A stretch of DNA of 64,000 bases from the human T2T-CHM13v2.0 reference genome, Homo sapiens. Below, in pieces: positions 1 to 15,065 of this stretch. The stretch lies in NCBI RefSeq assembly GCF_009914755.1, contig NC_060932.1; one strand, written 5' to 3'. The notes under the pieces were generated by a model. It made no database searches and was not told the origin of the DNA. It worked only from the letters and a program-made list of their open reading frames with translations. The translations under genes were made by a program, and so were the position numbers. How positions within the stretch are numbered: position 1 is the stretch's first letter; the number at the start of each line of letters is the position of its first letter.

Positions 1-13
1 GGCCGTACTGGGC

Positions 14-223
<210 letters not shown>

Positions 224-229
224 CACACA

Positions 230-520
230 TCTCTGCCGGAAGTGATGTCACGCCATGGGCGCCCGCCCACCGGAGGAGCGACTGGAGTTGATCGGCTGGG
301 CGCTCAGGTAGCGAAGATAAATGTAATCTTGTGGCAGGAAATCGACATTCTCTGCACTATCTTTAGTTTTCCAACTGAACTTCTGAGAAATGGAGGCTAC
401 AATACCTAGTTTGCCAAACAGGAGAAGACTACAATTCCCAGAAGGAACTGCGACCAACATTGGTCCGTGCTCATACTTTGCATCATGGGACTTGTAGTCA
501 TCACCAGCTTGCGCTGATTC
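230..520. promoter_or_regulatory. CpG-rich housekeeping-type, probably bidirectional, promoter; the gene probably lies off the left edge on the minus strand
   Basis: CpG-rich against a CpG-depleted background. CCGGAAGTGATGTCAC at 236-251 (ETS/GABPA overlapping a CRE-like TGATGTCA), CGCCAT YY1 core at 251-256, ACTACAATTCCCAGAA at 428-443, and ACTACAAGTCCCATGATGC on the minus strand at 480-498 (ZNF143/THAP11 SBS motifs). Gene direction is an inference. Confidence 0.8.
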
Positions 521-887
521 TAACAGGTTATAGATTGTTTTCTAGAATTAGCAGCGCTTTAAGGGATGACAATCGATTAGAAGAGTAGGAAGATAGAACA
601 CTGCTTAGTAGCTGATCCGTTCTACATAATTCAGAAGTTCTCATTGGCAGAGAACCCCTGAAATTCTGTAGTGTCTTTTTACTATCCGGTGAGCAATTTG
701 ATCCCGATGATGGAATATTAGCCTTGTTAGACATGCGCTTCTGAAGACCTGTGAAGTAGGGAAAGCCGAGTTTTTTGATAGGCAAATCCCAAGATTCAGA
801 CCGGTCTACAGGTCTGTTCATCATTAGAATCAGATAATGTGGTTGAAAAATCATTCCACGATTTCTAAGGCTTTTGTATAGTCCCAA

Positions 888-1385
888 TGTTACCCATGGA
901 GGGTCTTGACTACAAGTCATCCAGGTTCTTGGTTTTTTTAACAAAGAATTGGACAAAACGCACAAAGAAAGCAAGGAAAGAATGAAGCAAGGAAAGCAGA
1001 GATTGAAATGACTGTACACTCCACAGAGTGGGAATGGCCTCCAGCCAGTGGCTCAAGAGCCCTGGTTACAGGATTTTCTGGAGTTTAAATATCCGCTAGA
1101 GATTTCCCATTGGTTACTTGGTTTACACCCTCTGTAAATTAAGGAGTAGCCTGCAACCAATCAGAGGCTAAAGTTAAGTTACAAAGTTGTACTCCTATGG
1201 AAATGAAGACTAGGCCCAGATACCAAGGGCCTAGAAGGTTGGGCAGGGGGTTGCAAAGGGAATAGCCTCTGGTCTTTTTGTTACTTGGGCTTGGAAAGTT
1301 GGAGTTTTCCTTTTGATTTAGTTCTAGGAAGTCAGCGTGAATGGGCCTTAGGTTCCCTGCCTCCGGACCCTATTCTACTGCCCGA
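888..1385 (-). mobile_element. Solo ERV1 LTR, MER51-type (MER4 group)
   Basis: Reverse complement begins ...GGCAGTAGAATAGGGTCCGGAGGCAGGGAACCTAAGGCC and ends GGTAACA. Contains CCAATCAGA repeats. Near-TSD CCAA/CTAA. Homologous to 13269-13753. Confidence 0.8.
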
Positions 1386-1529
1386 CTAAGAGTGAGAAAA
1401 GGTGATAGTGGTCATTTTGAAATGAAGGTTGGAAAATAGTCTGGTTTGTGACATGATGATGGTTTTGGTTTAAGAGATTCTGCCCTTTTAGTGTGAATGA
1501 AATAAAAATAGAATTCTGTAGAAACAATG

Positions 1530-1995
1530 TTAGGTAGGAGAATAGGGTCTGGAAACAGGGGACCTAAGGCTGATTCATGCTGACTGATATCAGAGGCGAC
1601 TCCATTTTCAACCCCTCTTTTTTCTGCGTGGCAGTTGCTGCGTGGCAGTTGCAACCCTCCTTTCTTTGGGTGGCAGTTGAAAAATGAAAGAACCTCTGAT
1701 AGAGCCCCTCCCTCAACCAATCAGACTGGTTGAGGGCCTACTTTTCACTCTGATTGGTCTCCTTCCACAACCAATCAGACTGGGCATAGGCCAATGGGAA
1801 CCCTCTAGAGGGTATTTAAGCCCCAGAAAATTCTGTAGCTGATGCTCTTGAACCCCTTGACTGAGTCTGTTTTCCTTCTGTGGAGTATACTTTCATTTAA
1901 AATAAATCTCTGCTTTCCATGCCTTGTTTGTGTGTTCTGTCCAATTCTTCGTTCAAAACACCAAGAACCTGGACAACTACCCTCAATTGGTAACA
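1530..1995 (+). repeat. 5' LTR of the ERV1 provirus
   Basis: TTAGGTAGGAGAATAGGGTCTGG...CCAATCAGA repeats, TATTTAA box, AATAAA, ends GGTAACA; colinear with the 3' LTR. Confidence 0.85.
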
Positions 1996-2000
1996 TATTT

Positions 2001-2018
2001 TGGTGAGCCAGCCAGAAG
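2001..2018 (+). promoter_or_regulatory. Primer binding site, tRNA-Arg type
   Basis: TGGTGAGCCAGCCAGAAG versus TGGCGAGCCAGCCAGGAG (complement of the tRNA-Arg 3' end), 16/18 matches. It sits 5 nt after the LTR and is followed by a G|GTAAG splice-donor-like site. Confidence 0.8.
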
Positions 2019-2904
2019 GTAAGCCCAAAGTTTGGGATTTGTTTTTTTCTTTTTCCTCTTTCTCTCTCTCCCTTTTCCTTTCCAAGCTGGGATCCTTGAT
2101 GGACAGTGCCTAAGCATGGAGGCAACTGCAGGTTTCTGGCCAGGGCCACTCTCTGGTGAAACTAAAAGGTCCATGTGGAAGCACCTGACTGCCACCACCT
2201 GGTTCAGGTGAGGAACCTGAGTTCTTTTCTTTTTCAGTCTTTCAGTGGCCATTTCCTAGTAGCTCCTTGGTAACTGAAGGCAACTGGGGCCACTCTCTGG
2301 TGTTAACTGAAGGCCCAGGAGTGAATGGGGATAGCTGCCTTGCCCAGAAAGGGGAAGGACTCTTTTCTGTCTTTTCCAGTTGTAGTCCCTGATGCCTATG
2401 AGTGATGCAATTGGCAGTGGCAGCCTGTCCAGGGAAAATTCACACATGTTTCAGGTGGCTTAAGCCTTCTTTCCTTATGTTAAATTCTTCTGTCCCCCTA
2501 CTTGACTGGCTAAGGATAAGTCACAGAGTTTGGGCATATTGTGGTCTGTGTAACTCATGGAGGGGATTCATGAAAGGGAATCTATGTACAATTTAATCTT
2601 GTCCAAATTTAGAAAGTTAAAGAATTGTTTTAAGTGTGATAGGAAAAAAAATCCAAAGGTTTGTCTGAAAGTTAATTCTAGAAGTAGAGACCTTCATCCA
2701 GGGACAAGAGGGAAAACTCACAGTGGGTCATCAGTGGTGGTTGGAATCATTCCAAAGTGGTGGTGGCACCAATCTAAGGTCAGAGACGTCTAATGTACTA
2801 AGAGGGGTCTCTGGCACTAGAGGATTGACTGCACCCGCTCCCACCAAGGGGCTCAGTTAGGCAAAAGTCTAGCAGTGTGAAAGGAGGAATTAGATGAAGA
2901 CTGA

Positions 2905-5900
2905 AGGGGCCTAGAGTCTTCCTCACTGCCCCTGTCCAGGAACATCATAATTACTATTGCAGAGCCCTGGGTAACTAGATGTCATGGGTACCCAAATTCA
3001 GTTTTTTTTTTCCAATACAGGGGCGAATTACTCTGTCCTTACTGCTTATGCAGGAAAACTTTCCTCCCAGTCTAAGAGTGTTCCGGGAATGGAAGGAAAG
3101 CCACAAACGAGATTCTTTACTTCTCCTTTGTCAGTTTGAGAAACAAATGTTCCAACATAAATCTTTAGTAGTTCCAAGCTGCCTTGTCCACCTGTTGGGA
3201 AGCGATATTATCATTAAAATAGGGGCACTACTACAAATTTAAGCATTACCCAGTAAAATTGCTAATAGTCAAAAATACAGACAATATCCCAGACCACATT
3301 AATAAACAGGTTAACCTGCTAGCATGTTATGCTGGGAAGCCAGGTGTATTAGTCCATTTTCACACTGCTGATAAGGACAAACTCGAGACTGGATGATTTA
3401 CAAAAGAAAGAAATTTAATGGACTTGCAGTTCCATATAGCTGGGGAGGCCTCCAATCATGGTGGAAGGCAAGGGAGGAGCAAGTCACATCCTACGTGGAT
3501 GGTAGTAGGCAAAGAGAGAGGTTGTGCAGGCAAACTCCCTCTTATAAAACTCTCAGATCTCGTGAGGCTTGTTCATGATCATGAGAACAGCAAGGGAAAG
3601 ACCTTCCCCTATGATTCAATTACCTCCCACTGGGTGTCTCCTATAACATGTGGGAATTCAAGATGAGATTTGGGTGGAGACACAGCCAAACCATATCACC
3701 AGGGAAAGCTAAAACAGCAGTGCCAGTCAAAATACCAGTTTAAAGACCCCAGCTATTGCCCCAATTGAAAACAATACCCATTTAAGCTGGAAGCAAGAAA
3801 AGGCCTGGCATCCATAGTTGAGATATTGCTTACCCATGAGCTCTTAAAAACCTGCAATTCTCCCTGAAACACCCCCATCTTAACCATTCTAAAGCCCTTG
3901 AGGGAATACCTGCTAGTACAGGATTTCAGAATAATTTATCACACTGTTATCCCCGTCCACCCATTGGTGGTGGATCCATATACCCTCCTGGCTTAGGTGC
4001 CAGGGGATGCAAAATGTTTCTCCTAGACCTAAAAGATGCTTTCATCTCTATTCCTCTGGCCCCAGAATCCCAATACCTTTTTGCCTTTGAATGGGAAAAT
4101 CCTAATACCAGAAAAAAAAAAAAACAATACATTTGGACAGTACTCCCTCAGGGCTTTCAGGATAGCCCTGATTTCTTAGCCTGATCTGTAGAGAGGGATC
4201 TGAGGGATCTGCAATTGGAGAATGGAAGTATATTCCAGTATGTGGTTGAACTTCTTGTGTGTAGCCCAACCCAGGAGGCTTCTGACCAAAATACTATAAA
4301 AACGTTGAATTTCCTGGCTGACAGAGGATTGGAAGTGTCCAAAAAGAAGGCTCAGATTACCCTCCAATGGATCCAATATTTAGGGTATGTCTTAACACCG
4401 GGAACCCGACAAATATCCCCAGAATGAGTGCAAGCCATATGTGGTTGCCCCACAGCCACCAAGCGCAGCTTTGTTCTTTCTGGGGAATGGCTGGGTTTTG
4501 CAGAATATTGGTACCAAATTTGGGGCTTGTAGCAAAGCTCGTATATGAAGCAACAAGGAGGCCTGAAAATGAGCTAACGGAATTGACCCCAGAAATGAGA
4601 AGCCTTCACCAAGCTAAAATAGGCCCTTACCAGGCTCCTGCTCTTGGCATCCCAGACATAACTAAGCCCTTCTTGTATGTAGCTGAGAAGGGCGTAGCTG
4701 TGGGAGTGCTAGCCTAGAAATTAGGATCAGAACCCAGACCAACTGCCTGCTTTTCAAGGAAGTTGGATGGAGCAGCCTCGAGATGACCAAGTTTCCTGCA
4801 GGCAATAGCCACTGCTATGTTTGTGGAGGAAGCCACTAAAATCACCCTGGGCCAACCACTGGAAGTTCTAACCCCCCATCAGGTAAAGCCAGTCTTAGAG
4901 ATAAAAGGACACATGTGGATGATGGAGGAAAGGTTAAACATATGCCAGGCCATGCTGCTAGACAATCCAGATGTAACCCTTAAAACTTGTAACACCTTGA
5001 ATCCAGCTTCATTGCTACCCACAGGCCCAATAACTGATGATTCCTGTGAGCAGGTCATTGTACACACATATATTAGCTGGCCTAATTTAAAAGATTAGCC
5101 TCTCCCAGATTCTGAGGATAACTGGTTCACAGATGGCAGTAGTTTTGTGTCAAATGGGGAGTGCTGAGTTGGATATGCAATGGTAAATCACAACACCATT
5201 ATTGAAGCCCAGCCACTGCCCCCTGGCACATCAGCACAAAATACTGAAATCATTGTTCTTACCTGAGCACTAATGTTGAGACAAAGGAAAAAGCTTAACA
5301 TCTATCCAGATTCTAAATATGCGTTCCTTATGTTTCATGCTCATGCTACAATCTGGAAAGAAAAGGGACTACTAAATAGCAAATACTCCCCAATAAAGCA
5401 CGGGCCTGAAATTCTTCAGCTGTTGGAAGCAATACACCTGCCAAAGGCTGTAGCTATAATCCATTGTAGGGGGCATCAAAGGGACTTACTTCCTATAGCA
5501 CAAGGGAACAGAAGGGCTGATAGAGAAGCTAAAGCCGTATCCCTCAGGGTGCAATCCCAACAGATCCTAGCACTGCTTCCTTTCTATGATTCCTGAATGG
5601 ATCCTGAATACACGCTATAGGAAGAACAGTTAATAAAGGAACAAGGGGGACAAAAATAAGTATCCGGGTGGTATATGGAATCAAACTAAATCTCCCTCAA
5701 ACAGCCCAGTGGAGATGCCACCCTGGCCATGGTTAACAGGCTCTTCATTGGGCCTAACTTAGATTCAGTGGTTAAGCAGGTCTGTCAATCCTGCTCACTG
5801 TGTGCACTTAACAGTCCAGGAAACAAAATGCTTCCTCTAATAGAATCAGTCCAGAGGAGAGGAACTTACCCAGGGGAACACTGTCAATTAGACTTCACCC

Positions 5901-6750
5901 AAATGCCCGCTTGTAGAGGATACAAGTTTTTGTTAGTCCTGATAGATACCTTTACTGGTTGGGTCGAAGCTTATCCTACCAGAACAGAGAAGGCTATTGA
6001 GGTTATAAAGTTTCTCTTACAAATAAATAGTCCCTTAGTTTGGGTAACCTCAGAGTCTCCAAAGAGATAATGGCCCATCCTTTATCTCCCAAATAACTAA
6101 AGGGGTCGCTAAGACCTTCAGAATCAAATACTATTTACATTCAGCATGGAGGACTCAATTCTTCGGGAAAGTAGAAAGGGTTAACCAAACTCTAGAACAA
6201 GCATTAGGTAAGCTATGTTAGGAAACATCAGAAATTTGGGTCAGCTTACTGACTATAGCCCTCTTAAGGATCTGCAATACCTCTAGAGCAAAAATTAACA
6301 TAAACCCATATGAAATGTTATACGGAAGGCCATTCTTAACTAATGATCTAATTACTGATCCAGAAACAGCTGGTTTAGTGAAATACCTAGTTAATGGACA
6401 ATTTCAGCAGGCTTTCACAAAAGTTTGGAACTCAAAGGTTCCCCATACCAGGAGCTAACCAGCATCCCAAAATCAGGCCAAGAGATAAGATACTTGTTAA
6501 AACTTGGAAGGAGGGATCGCCTGCTCAACAACTACAGCCCAAATGGAAGGGAACATTTTCAGTGGTGCTGGCCATGCTTTCCATGGTCAAAGTATTAGGA
6601 TTTAAATAATTGGATACATCTTTCAAGGATCAAGTCTGTGATACCTGAAGCCTCAGACCTGGAACCTGAAGTTTCCTTCAGCCACTACACCTGTGAACCT
6701 GTGGAAGACCTGAAGTGCCTGTTTAGAAGACAGCCAAAAGATAAGTAAAT
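2905..6750 (+). pseudogene. pol: ERV1 pro-pol remnant (RT, tether/RNase H, integrase), frameshifted with stops
   Basis: Follows a gag-end ..ED*RG stop (TGA 2902-2904). LDLKDAF-like and WTVLPQGF segments at about 4020-4160, QYVVELL (decayed YVDD) in ORF 4215-4427, WFTDGSS at about 5123, LNIYPDSKYAF..IIHCRGHQ (RNase H, 5273-5596), CQSCSLC and QLDFTQMP..IDTFTGWVE (IN, 5729-6070), WKGTFSV GPY/F-like domain (6394-6609). Confidence 0.9.
3345..3698 (-). mobile_element. THE1 (MaLR) solo LTR inserted in the ERV1 pol
   Basis: TGTATTAGTCC...CACAGCCAAACCATATCA termini; perfect 5-bp TSD CCAGG at 3340-3344 and 3699-3703. Confidence 0.92.
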
Positions 6751-6796
6751 GCCTACCAACTTTCCTTGGTGTTTTTGTTGCATAGTTATTGTAGGT

Positions 6797-6861
6797 TGGA
6801 TAATAATAGCCATATTTTTATATATTTGGCTGGATAATAATAGCCATATTTTTATATATTT
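6797..6861 (+). repeat. Tandem duplication, about 34-bp period
   Basis: TGGATAATAATAGCCATATTTTTATATATTT occurs twice in tandem. Confidence 0.85.
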
Positions 6862-7376
6862 TTGCAGTTTTTCTTTTTTCAAATGTTTGGAATCACTCCC
6901 TTTGTAGCAATTAAGCAGAATGTTTTAATTTCTCCCTATAACAAACATTCCTGATAGCATAGGTATCCACCCCCTGAAGTTCCCATTAGATCTTTTAACC
7001 AAATTCATTTCCTCTCACCTAGAGACCATTGAGCTTCATATGATCATGCAACAACATTGCCAGCCAGTTCCAAATGAAGATAGCACCCCCAGCGATCAAT
7101 AAACTACCCTGCCTCCACTGGATAGAGCAGGGAAAAATTTCCATGATCAGCAATAGGTAGGGATTGCACCCCAAGTTAGCATGAAGCAGCTACAGAAGAA
7201 AGACCATCAATCCCTCTGCTTCCCATAAAGATTTATGGGAATCACATCTCTCAGGGGGAATATGAGGCAGGAAAATAGGGTCTGGAAGCAGGGAACCTAA
7301 GGTTTATTCATGCTGACTGGATATCAGAGGCTACTCTCTTTACGACCTCTCCTTCTCTGTGGCAGTTGAAAAATGA

Positions 7377-9855
<2,479 letters not shown>

Positions 9856-10249
9856 GAAAAATGAAAGTGCCTCTGATTGATTCCCTCCCACAAGCAATTA
9901 GACTGGTTGTGGGTCTATTCTTTATTCTGATTGGTCCCCTCCCACAACAAATCAGACTGGTTGTGGGCCAATGGGAAATCTCTAGAAGGCATTTAACCCA
10001 AGCAAATTCTGTAACAGATGCACTTGAGCCACTTGCTCGTGCACACTCCCACCCTGTGGAGTGTACTTTCATTAAAATTCTCTGCTTTCACTGCCTTGTT
10101 TGTGCGTTTTGTCCAATTCTTTGTTCAAAACATCAAGAACCTGGACAACTACCCTCAACCAGTAACAAGTAGACTAAAACATAGGTAGTTTTCAGGATAG
10201 ACTTGGCAGTCTTGGCCTTGTGGTGGCAATTATATCCTTGAGTTCTTAA

Positions 10250-10481
10250 ACCTGTAATCCCAGCACTTTGGGAGGCCGAGGCTGGCGGATCACGGCGTCA
10301 GGAGACGGAGACCATCTCGGTTAACGTGGTGAAACTCCGTCTCTACTGAAAATACAAAAAAAAAAAAAAAATTATCCAGGCATGGTGGCACGCGCCTGTA
10401 GTCCCAACTACTCGGGATGCTGAAGCAGGAGAATTGCTTGAACCCGGGAGGCGGAGGTTACAGCGAGCCGAGAATGTGGCA
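10250..10481 (+). mobile_element. Alu (AluSc/Y-like) truncated at both ends
   Basis: CCTGTAATCCCAGCACTTTGGGAGG...central A-rich linker...GAGCCGAGA; no 5' GGCCGGGCG, no poly(A), no TSD. Confidence 0.88.
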
Positions 10482-11029
10482 GCAAAAGAGACCTGTGATG
10501 AGGAAAACCTGATAGTCCCATATCTAGGAAGCCAAGGAGAATTATACTTTCAAGAAGTAAGGGTGTACAGATAACAATTAGGAGGAGGATAAAGATCTAG
10601 GTCTTTGAAATTGTCCAAGAACTTCCTTCACAAACTATTGAAGGGAGTATAACATACATACTACATGTTTTCTTTATCTTTCAGAATATCTGGTATTGAT
10701 AAATGTTTTAGATTTTACTTTCAAGAAATGAAGTAAACACCTTTGGTAATCAAGAAAGATTATTCTGTGATTGGTCAAAGTTATTAGACAAATGTATTAT
10801 TATTAAAGTTATTAGATTTTCATAGACTATATCTGATGATTAGTCCCTATTTTTGTAATATTTTAGTCTAGCTCTGGATGCCTCTACATGGTATAATCAA
10901 ACGGAATTGTTTATATTTTCACTTAAAGAATAACAGAGGATTGTTTATTCTGCCCCTTTCATTATTTTAATTTCATATTTACTTCTAGAAGGACAAGGTA
11001 TAATTTTATACAGTGATATATAAATATGG

Positions 11030-11540
11030 ATAACTGGGGAAGGGAGGAAGGAGGTAAAAATCACAGCAGAAAAAAGCCTGTGCAATGGGCAGACTTCTCT
11101 TGAGGTGGCTTGCTGGATACCAACATTTCTCCCTTTTGCAAACATTGGTCTCTTCTACAAGGCAGGGTCTCTGGTGGCCATGTTTGTAATATATCACTCT
11201 TTTGACATATGTTTTTGTCATAGTTGGTTGTGCTTGAGCAGGACATTTGACCCAAGTTGTGTTCAACATATGCTTTTTCCTAGAAATTACAATTTGGGGA
11301 CAGGAGGAGAGATACAGGTGGGAAGTCACAGGAACTAAAGTCAAACTAAAGGAAAATCTGTGGCGAGAAGGTCCATGAAGTTCTACTGCTAAGGTCCCTG
11401 AAGTTGATCTGGTTCCTCCCGCTTCTGGACTTTTCCTTGGACTCCATGAGATAATCTAATGTTCTTTCAATAGGTTAGCTTTGCTTAAATCTAGCTGGAG
11501 TTGGTTCTTTTGCTTAAAACCAAAAGTACAACTAATGCAG
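11030..11540 (+). mobile_element. Old MaLR/ERVL-class LTR remnant
   Basis: MLT-like 3' end: CTTAAATCTAGCTGGAGTTGGTTCTTTTGCTTAAAACCAAAAGTACAACTAATGCA. Left boundary uncertain. Confidence 0.4.
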
Positions 11541-13268
11541 CCAGTTGGAATGAGGCAAACTGACAATAAATAGTAGATGCTAAGGAAATACCCTCCTAGT
11601 TTTTGCAAATAGCTGTCAACAATTTATCATCTAAGATCTTAAAACAAAGTATGGTATTTCATAACTTATTGTCTGTTTATAACATAAATAATGCTTCCAT
11701 AATTACTAAAATAACACAAAATAACAACTTCATTAATTATTTTAGTTTAATTCCATAGATTCTTTAATTCATGTGTGTTGTTTTTCATAGGCAGTCTTTC
11801 TTTCATCTTAATATTCAGGATCTGTAGTCCACTTGCCCTCTATCTTCTTACTGCCATGAAATTGCAGGTCCAGAGAAAGAACCACAATCTGTTCTTAATG
11901 TGAGATAACCAAAACAGTAACAGGGTAACATGACAGCTGATTTTTTTCTCAATGCACCTGTGACCTATGCAACTTTTTAAACCCAGGGTAAGAGTTATAT
12001 TTATAATGGCACAGAAATTATACTCTTCAATAGTGCTACCATTGATGAGTGATTTTATACTGATCATATTATACAGAAAAGTTCTGAAAATGTGTGAAAA
12101 TGCTACTGGAAACATAAGAGATCACATTGTTCTTCAAAATCAGAGTCATAATCTTCGAATTGAAAGGAAGCATAACGACCATGAGGATAAGCGTCCATTT
12201 TTCTAGCTAAGAAAACTGAGGCAAACACAGGCTAGATGATCTTGCTGAGGTCACAGAGCCAATTACTCCTTGACTCCCAAACCCATAAATTTCTCATCAC
12301 ACACAAGAAAACGCTCTTTCCTGAGCACTTCTACACTCTGCTGTGTCATATGTGTCTTTCAGCTTTCCAGTATGTCCAACCTCTGGTATGTTCTCAATTA
12401 GCATTCGGTACCTGGGAAGTCTTCAAGGATTTTATGGGTGAGGAAGGTCTGCACTGGGTCTTTAAGGGTTGGTAAAAATTGAGTAAGTAAAGAAGGCAGA
12501 GCAAACCAGGCAAAGTGAAAGACTTGAGAGAGGACATAGGAATGTGGGGTGTTGCGGGACACTTAGGAGACCAACCTGATTGGAATGCAGGGAGTATGTT
12601 GGAGTGTAGCTAGAAACAGAGAGATAAGCTTCTGCTTATTCCTCAAGTTCACCTCAAATAAAATATCAGTAATATCTTCCTGCTTCCTTCAGATGAATTA
12701 AGTAAGCCCTCCTTTATGATCTTATTGCTTTTGGTACATGAATGGAGACAAATCATCATGTTATATTGATATTGTTTGTACTTATTTATGTATGTAGCCT
12801 AAGGGCCAGGAGTATGTATTAGACATCCATGTGTTGACAGTAATAAGGTATAGTCTTCATAATTACTATTTTTTTACACCTGGCCAACTTATTCACATTT
12901 TTACAAGATCCCTATAGACATTTGCATTTTCAGGTCCTAGGTTAGAGAATAAATCCAAATTATTTGGGTAAACCTGTAAGCCCCTTCATGAACTGACTTT
13001 CACAGGCTTATTTCCTCCAGAATACGAATTTAGTTGGTAAATAAATTAACCAGCTATTTATTGAGGGCTTACCATATGCAATTAACCTCAAAGTACAGCT
13101 ACATCAATTATTTCCCATTCTGAGCTCTCTATTTTTTTCTGTTGCTAGCTTTTGTTGTTGCTTTTGTGTGTAATTCTTGCACTTCTCTCATCCTATTAAT
13201 GAGGCTCAGCCCTAGGTCCTATCCTCTCTGAAAGCTTTTTCCAATCTCCCTCCACCATGTCCTCATAC

Positions 13269-13753
13269 TGTTACTGGTGGAAGGTCTTGACTACGAGTCA
13301 TCCAGATTCTTGACACTTTGAACAAAGAATTGGACAAAATGCACAAACAAAGCAATGAAAGAATGAAGCAACAAAAGCACAGATTTATTGAAATGAAAGT
13401 ACACACCACAGAGTGGAAGCAGGCTCGAGCAAGTCACTCAAGAGCCCTAATTACAGAATTTTCTGGGGTTTAAAGACTCTCTAGAGGCTTCCCATTGATT
13501 ACTTGGTTATACCCTATGTAAATGAAGATTTGGCCTATGACCAGTCTGATTGGTTGTGGGAGAGGACCAATCAGAGGTACATTCCATGTTTCATCTGTGC
13601 ACAGTGGAAGTGGGCATGTTGCAAAGGGAGTAGCCTCTGACCCTTTTGTTACTTGGGCGTGGAGAGGTGGGGTTTTCCTTTTGATTCAGTTTTAGGAAGT
13701 CAGCATGAATTGGCCTTAGGTTCCCTGCCTCCAGACCCTATTCTCTTGCCTAA
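13269..13753 (-). mobile_element. Solo ERV1 LTR, MER51-type
   Basis: TGTTAC...GGTTCCCTGCCTCCAGACCCTATTCTCTTGCC; homologous to 888-1385; near-TSD ATAC/ATAT. Confidence 0.82.
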
Positions 13754-14939
13754 ATATTTATTCGGCAAGCCTCTGCTATGGCCTTACTCCCATCAATGCG
13801 GTTTTCTCTGTATGTCTGCCTTCCTGACCAGAACAGGAAGGCTTTAAGGCTGAGAGAGTGTCTTTTTTGTTTTCGTCTCCACTGGCTGAAAGAAACATGG
13901 GCACTTAGTGGTGCTAAACTGAATGATTAAATAAATGAAAATGAGTAAAGTTTTCTTATTAGATCAGTGTGGTGGTTTAATATAAATAAACCTATACACA
14001 CACATTCTCAGTGAAATTATGTTTTGTAGAAACAATAAATGGAAGCTCACTCCATAAAACAAAAGCGAAACAGCTCTGGTTAAAGAGAAAGAACACCTTT
14101 AATTATTTGAGTAATTTGTAAATCAGTGGGCTATATAGATAATTTCTAAGGTCCACTTCAGATCTAACTCTTGAGTTTATGTCTATCAATGGAAATCTGA
14201 AGTCAATAACGAAATAAATATTACAGCCTAGTTAGCATTGCTAAGATCCATAAAAGGCACTAGGAAGAGCCAAAATAAAATTTTAAAAAAGTTAAACTTC
14301 TGAAATTAAATAGACCAATGAATCAGACATTATTGTGTATTTAAGTCTTTGTCTTAAGTGAGTTTGAGATAACTCGTGGCATATGTGTAGAGAATGATAT
14401 ATATTCTCTGAGTTCCCAGTGCTAGGGATTTTAACACCCCAGTTTATAAGAGACTCTTCCAAAAAAGAAAGAAAAAAAAGTTTCCAAGGAGAAAACATCC
14501 TTGAAAAGGCAGCAAGTCTCTAACCCATCAACACCAGGATTCCCGCTTATCTTCTAGAGGAGCTTGATACCTCTTCTGGGAGGACTTAAACATCTGGCTT
14601 ACCCACGAGTCTTTTGTTTGGGTTACTTTTGATGTTTTTCATGTGAAATATGGGGCAATGATAGTTCTTATGAGGTTATTTTGAAAACTAAAAACAATCC
14701 TGCTTGTTAAATGCTTAGCAAAGTGACTGCCAAAAAAATCCAATAGCTATTATCATTACCTCCTGAGTCAACTAGGCAGCTCAGCTACTTTAAAAGATGT
14801 AAACAATATTAGTAATAATGTATATAGATATTTGTTAAATGAACAAATAGCAGTTAAGAGCAGAGAACTGTGCTGTTGACCTTGTCCATTAATTTTTGAC
14901 CCATATTTCTGTTTTTTCCTATGGACTTTTATTTACTTA

Positions 14940-15065
14940 TTTGTTTTTTCCAGTTTTATTTAGCTTCAATGTACAAATAAAATTGTATGAATTTAAGGTG
15001 TACAACATGATGATTCAATATTTGTATAAGTTGTGAAATGAGTTCCATAATAAATTAACACATTA
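14940..15065 (-). mobile_element. L1M 3'-end fragment
   Basis: CAAATAAAATTGTATGAATTTAAGGTGTACAACATGATGATT is typical of L1MA/MB 3' UTR antisense. Confidence 0.65.

Noticed and set aside
254-330. GCCATGG perfect Kozak context
   Set aside because: The plus-strand frame is short (stop by about 320) and the opposite strand gives ATGGCGTGA; better explained as a YY1-like/promoter element.
248-1019. ORFs 248-460 and 528-1019 (163 aa) as host genes
   Set aside because: No recognisable domain; the first overlaps promoter motifs and the second begins inside an LTR.
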